Both the position numbers and the translations under genes were made by a program. Positions 58,501-64,000 of a stretch of 64,000 nt of DNA are shown piece after piece. The notes below the pieces were generated by a model that saw only the letters and a program-made list of their open reading frames with translations, ran no database searches and was not told the DNA's origin. The stretch is from positions 32,001-96,000 of the forward strand of contig JBEKTQ010000006.1 in assembly GCA_049515895.1 (NCBI GenBank), read 5' to 3'. The stretch's first letter is position 1. Each line of letters begins with the position of its first letter. Source of the stretch: Candidatus Bathyarchaeia archaeon (GTDB taxonomy: Archaea; Thermoproteota; Bathyarchaeia; Bathyarchaeales; Bathycorpusculaceae).

Positions 58501-58788
58501 AACCTGCCTTAGAGCATCCGAATACACTGAGGCGTTCTGAACGACAACAAGAATGCTGGTGTCACTGCTGTTCCTCGCAGGAAACTGTGCTCGAATTATA
58601 CTAGCGGCTCTATCCGACATCGTGTTGGAAGGAGCCCCAAACCCACCCGTCAGATCATAGGAGACAGACGAGAAAAAGCTTGGGATGAGAAAAAGCGAGA
58701 GCACCACTGCAATTACCCAAGCTGCTATAACCCACCTGTAACGTCTTCGAATGAAATGATTCAGTGAATCAAAGAAAGACCTTGCCAT
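55513..58788 (-). CDS. MMPL (RND superfamily) transporter
   Basis: GLAVDYS and GVGIDYDIF TM motifs; two TM modules with large extracytoplasmic loops. Confidence 0.9.
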   Translation of the reverse strand: MARSFFDSLNHFIRRRYRWVIAAWVIAVVLSLFLIPSFFSSVSYDLTGGFGAPSNTMSDRAASIIRAQFPARNSSDTSILVVVQNASVYSDALRQVVLALNQTLFESSNVGNYTGEQSLYASEANVLNGSLPAIINQTAMLQASILVINQGLYSFTGNLSSLSENLFQMQDGINQTAQLVWGVPAAFVNVWQGVSQQLSGYDDTNPFDANAQANSTTFSVTGNFGGAAESIGYFTAFFKAWNASYLTLPASTSVSNREAYAIGQAVAGFLGNSQIDAQTSQMVSLVTSSLNFETWNQPAAIENLTITNMASSIPSSLASSLGASPISVVNELYSFGQSPSNVTVENYAIGLLEESYSNLTVSDSGFSVSDLMHSSYDLGSAPNSTQKWNLACALTSNATQSAFNESPLFKVNSASLASLLTSLSPNATISDINRAIDTEIATQPYTNYPFAPTSALTGNFINSQNNTMMIVFSFSSNLDDKTIAYVKSAVQNSGLQNYGTVYVTGGPVLTSDVAKAFVPALEVTVGPGVAISLLIVGLLFLAPMAALIPVLLGGISISVALASIYEGFVKIGHGNLTFLTPTLTILLMLGLAVDYSVLQLRRTREERLKGKSLEESVGISIKWAGQAVLTAGITVIVAYIVMAVANVPIFSDVGTAIALGVAILLTASLTLLPALEIALGDRIFWPGLNKKRNENSDPNKNALRRLGHSTLKRKVPVVVIISIVALSAFIVMYSTPTSEEFLKLIPNFPSNQGFTALANDFGSGTLSPTSIIITTPTPITYGDNQFNQTLLNQIEAVTAVAAGSKGVSTVTGTTRPYGSSFEYALIEKMSLPIQQQYESQMFSTIGKDNKTAVITVNLVDSGWSSAAINSLKGIEKNISSKLSLAEGVKVYYGGETQATTDSQAFMANLIPEVVAILAAAVYVILFFQLKSAFTPVRLIVTILCSVVCSLAIISFVFYYALNLPILDFAPLFVVVTMLGVGIDYDIFFITRIREEVLNGKTDDEAIVTAIDKVWVTILGLGLVLATVFLSLLVTNIAVLEEIALAVAAAIVIDVTVVILFFVPSLMGLAQSFNWWPYRLSRNKKPENHKDV

Positions 58789-59175
58789 TCAACCCAGCCC
58801 TAAACAAACCGCTCGAAACTACATTTCATGGATAATCATAGCATTTGCCGTCTGCGTCGCCTTTCTTAAGGATTTCCCACAATATGTCCCTAAACCAACA
58901 AGAGACAGCTCCCAAAGCAAAGGTAGCAGAAACTTAAAGTTTGGATTATTCAAAGTAGAAATGCAACAATGCAAAGATGCTTGTTGTTCTTCTAAGTCTG
59001 AGTTGCTCAATGAGCTGCCAAGTGTTGAAAAGGGCACGCATGAAAATTCTAAGCTATTACTCAAAGGCGGCAATGACTAACAAGGCCTAGAACGTGTTTG
59101 TACCTCTGAAGATCTCAGGTTTTTTAGAAAGCGAAAACAGACTTGTCTTGGGCTTATCCAAAAATGACGAACGAG

Positions 59176-59249
59176 TGCCGAGGGCAGGGTTTGAACCTGC
59201 GACGACTCGGTCTTCAGCCGAGCGCTCTCCCAGGCTGAGCTACCTCGGC
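59176..59249 (-). tRNA. tRNA-Phe(GAA)
   Basis: GCCGAGG acceptor stem, CTCGG-CTGAAGA-CCGAG anticodon arm, GGTTCAAAC T loop. Confidence 0.95.
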
Positions 59250-59647
59250 ATATTTTGGGCAACCTTGGGATATTGGAGAGCCTAATCATTTACGTTTCCT
59301 CAGAAATATTAAGTTATCTTTTTGGCAGAATGACTAAAAATCGAACAAGAAGAGCCGCTTCCGTTTAGTTTTTCAAAACTTTACGCCGACGTGAGGTTGA
59401 ATCATTCTGGAGCTAAGATCTTACTTTTGGTTGTTAACTTCAAGGAATGAAGCTCATGAAATGCATCAAGAAGTAACCTATAAGTCCGCTCGTTAGGAAA
59501 CATACAAAGATTAGAGTTCCTTCATGTTCATCAACGAGGTCATTTAACTTTCTTTTCAAGCGTTTGGCACCTGCTAAATGATTGTTTTCTTGAGAGGAAA
59601 GGTTTTATGAAGGGAGAATACGTAGTTTGAATTCAGCTTACGTCTGT

Positions 59648-59724
59648 GGGCCGTTAGTCTAGCTGGCTAGGACGTCGCCCTCACGCGGCGAAGATCACCG
59701 GTTCAAATCCGGTACGGCCCACCA
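59648..59724 (+). tRNA. tRNA-Val(CAC), CCA encoded
   Basis: GGGCCGT/ACGGCCC acceptor stem, TCGCC-CTCACGC-GGCGA anticodon arm, GGTTCAAATCC. Confidence 0.95.
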
Positions 59725-60175
59725 ATCTATAATTCCGTCCGAAAAGGGAGCCAAGCAACCGTCTAATAATAAACCGCGATTTTTTTTGAATCTGTTCTCA
59801 AACATGTAGTAAATTGGTTCGCCGCCGACAAGCAATGAGCCCACCAAGCAGCCTGCGCCCAGCCCGCGGTACATGATCATTGTCAAGAGGACTACGTAAA
59901 GAAGCGGCATGTGAAAAGCGTACGAAAACAAGAATCCGCCTACCGCGTAGATTACAAGTTCATCTGGGGTTGGAAGCATAATATACAACTATACAGGTAG
60001 CAAAAAGGCTGAAACCCCGACTCTTCTTAAAGTCATACTAATCTATGCTGATGTCGTTTTGCCTAATAGAAATTTTCCAAATCACTCGCGCCTTCAAGAA
60101 CGTGATGCTGAGATCAAACCAACTTACTTCTTAACACTTATTACCTTGAACAATAATTGTAATTATGGGATTTTT

Positions 60176-60463
60176 ATGCATAGAAAACGTGTTTTCACAA
60201 TCGCAGCAGTCTTTCTTGTTATAGCCATAGTTGTGCCTCCAGTCATCGTTATCTTAGAAGCGAATAATTCAATATACAAATACATAATTCCAGGCACCAC
60301 CCCCACCCAAGGATCACCAACCATTCAAATTACACTCACCAATCAAGAACGCGCAAACTTCAACACAGCAATAATCATCGCAGCCACCATCGAAGTCATT
60401 TTCTTAGCTCTGTTCATAATAACGCTTTACAACGGCATAAACCACACACACCCAGAACACTAA
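60176..60463 (+). CDS. Small two-TM membrane protein
   Basis: Two hydrophobic helices; ATG at 60176. Confidence 0.6.
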   Translation: MHRKRVFTIAAVFLVIAIVVPPVIVILEANNSIYKYIIPGTTPTQGSPTIQITLTNQERANFNTAIIIAATIEVIFLALFIITLYNGINHTHPEH

Positions 60464-60712
60464 GCACAAAAACGTGTTTTAGCAACTTTTTCCAAACCAA
60501 ATCGAAGAGGCTGCGATGGTGCAATTTCAGAGCCTTAGTAAAGCCTATGCTCGAGAAACCCTGCTGAACATACAAAGCTGCTTCCTGTTAGCTTTGCCTT
60601 TAGAAGAAGGCGCCATCTTTTGCTGCTGTGGCTGCACAACCACAAATTTTTAAAAGCAGTTAACGCTCAATGCCTTTAGCACTACCCTACTGTTTTTTGG
60701 GAGGTGTAATTT

Positions 60713-60913
60713 ATGCCTGAAACATCCATTAACATAACCGAAAAACTACAGAAGATTGGTCAAACAGCCCAGGAATATAAAGATGCCATTGTTAATCAAT
60801 TCAAGGATATGGAAGTCGACGTGAAAGATTGGAATTTTGCCGTTGGAAAAGCAGACAAGGAATACACGGTTGAAGTTAACGTTAAGCTCGGAATTCGGCC
60901 AAAAAAAACTTAA
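60713..60913 (+). CDS. Small hypothetical protein
   Basis: Strong GGAGGTG SD; TTTTAAA upstream. Confidence 0.75.
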   Translation: MPETSINITEKLQKIGQTAQEYKDAIVNQFKDMEVDVKDWNFAVGKADKEYTVEVNVKLGIRPKKT

Positions 60914-61048
60914 GCAAGAGTGCTTGCCTAAGCAAAACCCCCTTTCTTTAAGAGGCATTCTGCCTACATCTTACGGGTGGCGATTTCCCGACCAAAACAG
61001 ATAAAAACGTGACTTTGCATCCTCAAAGCTACTGTAGAGGAAAAGCGT

Positions 61049-61249
61049 ATGCCAACCGAAATTACTGATGTCGATAAGTTTGTAGCAATGAGCGCCAAAG
61101 CAAAGTACTGTTCAGTGCAAAGGCTCAAAGACAAGGTTAAACTGAAACTGCGCACGCCGCGACAACTTTACACGCTTAAGATTGAGCCTATGAGAGTCGA
61201 CGAAATCATAAAGAAGCTCCAATGCGAAATCCAAGAAAAAGAAAAATAA
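61049..61249 (+). CDS. rpl38e: Ribosomal protein eL38-like
   Basis: MP.EI.D...F...VKLKLRT.R.LYTL matches the L38e pattern. Confidence 0.8.
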   Translation: MPTEITDVDKFVAMSAKAKYCSVQRLKDKVKLKLRTPRQLYTLKIEPMRVDEIIKKLQCEIQEKEK

Positions 61250-62064
61250 GACAATTTAACCAAAACTGTAACCTTTCTATTTCTAATCCTCCTTAAAGAT
61301 CAAAATACTCATCTTTCACTATCTTTGCGTTCTCCGTATACAAAAGCATCACCAAAACCCAGTTTTCCAACTCCCAACACGGTTTTTAACTTCAAGAATG
61401 CTAGAACCTTTCGAAAACGAACGAACCTTAAATATACATGGAAACTGAAAAACCGAAAGGGGAAAAGAATGGCACTAAAAGGTTGCAAATCGACCTTTTC
61501 ATATTTGAAATCAAACACTAGAGTCAAAAAAGCATGGGAAACTGGACCTTAAGAGTTGCCAAAGTTAGCATTTCGGGGCACGTCAGAATTTTTTTGGGGG
61601 CAGGCAATGGCTTAGCTCGGTCCTCTGTTTGATCAAATCTATTAATTATGTTCGTCCAAGCTTTTTTTCATGACCGAAAATTAAACGAATAATCATTTTT
61701 TACATAATAAAGTTTAAAAAACTTCTTAGGCGCTTGTGAAATAAACAATAATTAATCAATCACTCCATACACGTATTCCTGCTTTACGATTCGTACGGCG
61801 AAGGTTGGTTTGATTGGAGTTTGGCAAAGATAAAGAAGGTATTTCAGTCAGGCAGGATAATTCTGCAGCAATGTAAATAGGGAGAAAACTTGAATTTGAG
61901 CGGTCAAGGAGTTGGTGTGTTTGAGGCGCTGGAAGTTGATGCGTGGTCGGAAAGTGAAAGTTGATGATGCTTCGTATCCAATTTAAAAAATGCGCAAGTG
62001 CTTCAGCTGTTCTAGGCAATTCACTTTTTTACCTATTTGATGCCAATTGTGTTAGGGGTTAGCT

Positions 62065-62778
62065 ATGAGTGTTGAGCGTAATCTGATAATTTCTCTCCTA
62101 AAATTGACAAAAGAAGGGCCTGTTTTAACTGAACTTGTCAAAAGAGAAGCACACTTGCCTTCAACCGTCACGATAAAATTGCTAGGTAAACTCCAAAACG
62201 AAGGCCTCGTTTATCTGAAACAGGGCAGCGTTGAACCCGAACTCGGCAGCAGGCTTAAAATGGCAGTCAAAGCCCTCTCTCTAGGTGCAGATGTTGAGGA
62301 TATCAGCAACCTGCTTTGTTGGCAAGAATTCGAAGAAATTGCATGTTACGCGTTAAAGAAGAACGGGTACACCGTTTCAAATAACGTTCATTTCAAAGGT
62401 TCAGGTCGAAGATGGGAAATGGACGTCGTAGGCTGCAAGAAACCCTTGGTAGTCTGCATCGACTGCAAACATTGGCAACACGCAATCGCGACTTCGGCTC
62501 TGAAGAGAATCGTTGATTTGCAGATTGATCGCACCCGCGCGTTGGCAGATTCATTGCCTAACCCCGCGTTGAAACTTGAATGTGGACGTTGGAGCGAAGC
62601 AAAATTTATGCCTGCGGTCTTGTCGCTTGTGCTTAGCGCATTCAAATTTTACTATGACGTCCCGATAATTCCCATATTGCAGCTGCAAAACTTCCTAAAC
62701 CAACTATCCGCATACACAGAAAACGTCAAGCTCTTCCACAGAACCTTCCAAAAGCTAGGTGATAATCTTCAAAACTGA
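62065..62778 (+). CDS. wHTH plus restriction endonuclease-like (Mrr-cat/NERD) protein
   Basis: WQEFEE...GY...EMDVV...IDCKHW, a PD-(D/E)xK motif. Confidence 0.8.
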   Translation: MSVERNLIISLLKLTKEGPVLTELVKREAHLPSTVTIKLLGKLQNEGLVYLKQGSVEPELGSRLKMAVKALSLGADVEDISNLLCWQEFEEIACYALKKNGYTVSNNVHFKGSGRRWEMDVVGCKKPLVVCIDCKHWQHAIATSALKRIVDLQIDRTRALADSLPNPALKLECGRWSEAKFMPAVLSLVLSAFKFYYDVPIIPILQLQNFLNQLSAYTENVKLFHRTFQKLGDNLQN

Positions 62779-64000
62779 GGCTCTCGCCAACTTAAACGCC
62801 GGGTAAAGGCTCAAGAGCAGGATTCCTGCCAGCGCGACGAAAAGTAGTCCGGCTATTTCCAGGATCGTGAAACTTGTGACTATGGGCTGCTGTATCAAAA
62901 TAAGCATAGTTATGATAGTTCCAAGAGATATTCCAATTCCGAAGCTTGAAAGAAGCAAGACTGCACTTTGAAGCGCCAAAACCGACACAACGAAGCGTGG
63001 TTTGGCACCGACAGCCCGTAAAACTCCGAATTCTTGGTGTTGTTCATCTGCGGCAAGCATCATGTAGCTTACCATGCAGAGCGCTGCCGCACCCAAAGCA
63101 AAGAACGGCATGATCATTATTGTTTGCCAATTTGAAGCAAGAAAATTCGTGTCTTTTTCTACAATATTACTTAACTGAAAGACGCCCAAGCTCGGATCTG
63201 CATTTTGAAGTAGACTTTTAATTTGCGCAACGGCGGCTGCCTGGTCAGCTGAGTTCTTAAAAGTAACTAGGAGCAGGTTTGGGCTTGAAATCCCAGATGA
63301 GTTTTCAAGGGTTTGAATGGGCACAAAGGTTACGAAGCCGTTGTTTAAAGGGTCAACGCAGACTCCAACAATGTTAAATGAGGAGTTTTCGAAGATCATG
63401 TCTTCAACAAGCGGGTTTGCATCCGATATTCCCTGGCCCGGATCAGGCGAGTAGATTGTTTGGGCGACCGAATCGCCGACGACAGCTTGGTATTGGTCCC
63501 CGCTGTTCAGGAATCGGCCAATAAGGTTCCATTTGCCTGCAAGCTCTGCGCTGTTTATGCCAACAACTAACGCCTTTGTTGTCCTGTTTCCGCCTAAGTA
63601 ACTGATTGAACCCGTGTCGCTATAACTGAAGTTAGCAACCTCCTGAATCTGTCCGCTCAAAACTAAGCGGGAGTCAACCAGAGTTACGCTTGGCAAAGCA
63701 CTTAATTGGGTTATGATTGAGCTGAGAATCGCTAGATTTGGGTTTGAATAGTCAAAGCTGCCTTTACTTGAGGTTCCTGAAAACTGTGACAGAAGCTTGA
63801 GATATTGGTTTCCCATGTTGTTTGAGGCGATGGCGATTGTGTTTTTGCCGACGCTGTCTTGAACCCATGTTGTGGTTGTGTTGCTTGCGATGATGCCTCC
63901 GCCGATGCAAACCGTTAGTAGGATGAAGGCTATTGAAAGCAAAATCACTATCCGAAAAGTTGCTGATTGCCTTCGAAGTAGACTTCTGCTGGCGATGCTC
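62755..64000 (-). CDS. ABC transporter permease (FtsX/MacB-like), truncated by window end
   Basis: EFGVLRAVGA motif; large extracellular domain plus three C-terminal TM segments. Confidence 0.85.
   Translation of the reverse strand, partial: SIASRSLLRRQSATFRIVILLSIAFILLTVCIGGGIIASNTTTTWVQDSVGKNTIAIASNNMGNQYLKLLSQFSGTSSKGSFDYSNPNLAILSSIITQLSALPSVTLVDSRLVLSGQIQEVANFSYSDTGSISYLGGNRTTKALVVGINSAELAGKWNLIGRFLNSGDQYQAVVGDSVAQTIYSPDPGQGISDANPLVEDMIFENSSFNIVGVCVDPLNNGFVTFVPIQTLENSSGISSPNLLLVTFKNSADQAAAVAQIKSLLQNADPSLGVFQLSNIVEKDTNFLASNWQTIMIMPFFALGAAALCMVSYMMLAADEQHQEFGVLRAVGAKPRFVVSVLALQSAVLLLSSFGIGISLGTIITMLILIQQPIVTSFTILEIAGLLFVALAGILLLSLYPAFKLARASVLKIIT

Noticed and set aside
59084-59125. Faint resemblance to a tRNA 3' half downstream of tRNA-Phe (possible att)
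   Set aside because: Too degenerate and no integrase nearby.
59695-59988. 97-aa hydrophobic ORF on the minus strand
   Set aside because: It runs antisense into tRNA-Val and has a weak start. It may be a gene remnant but cannot be supported.

Overview
Archaeal chromosomal window, most likely class Bathyarchaeia. This is inferred from TBP/TFB/TFS, pelota, an eL38-like protein, a Cren7-like protein, methanofuran genes, paralogous secreted beta-propeller proteins and frequent TTG starts. Main blocks in order: (1) an FrhB/FpoF-like F420-binding protein fused to a CBS pair, directly upstream of a complex I-like operon (A,B,CD,H,I,J,K,L,M,N) whose D subunit keeps all four NiFe cysteines (group 4, Fpo-like hydrogenase); (2) proBA, a K+-independent H+-PPase and pelota; (3) a small AT-rich island of tiny genes; (4) TBP and RNA-modification housekeeping genes; (5) RNase P RNA, followed by an integrase relic and an accessory region containing two degenerate copies of the RNase P RNA 3' end, suggesting rnpB serves as an integration site; (6) two beta-propeller surface proteins that share a covarying 5'-leader hairpin; (7) a cluster of unannotated microproteins; (8) mfnBADFE plus a hisA-like gene; (9) an N-terminally truncated pelota paralogue, an MMPL transporter, tRNA-Phe and tRNA-Val. 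All calls come from reading the sequence by eye; no searches were run.
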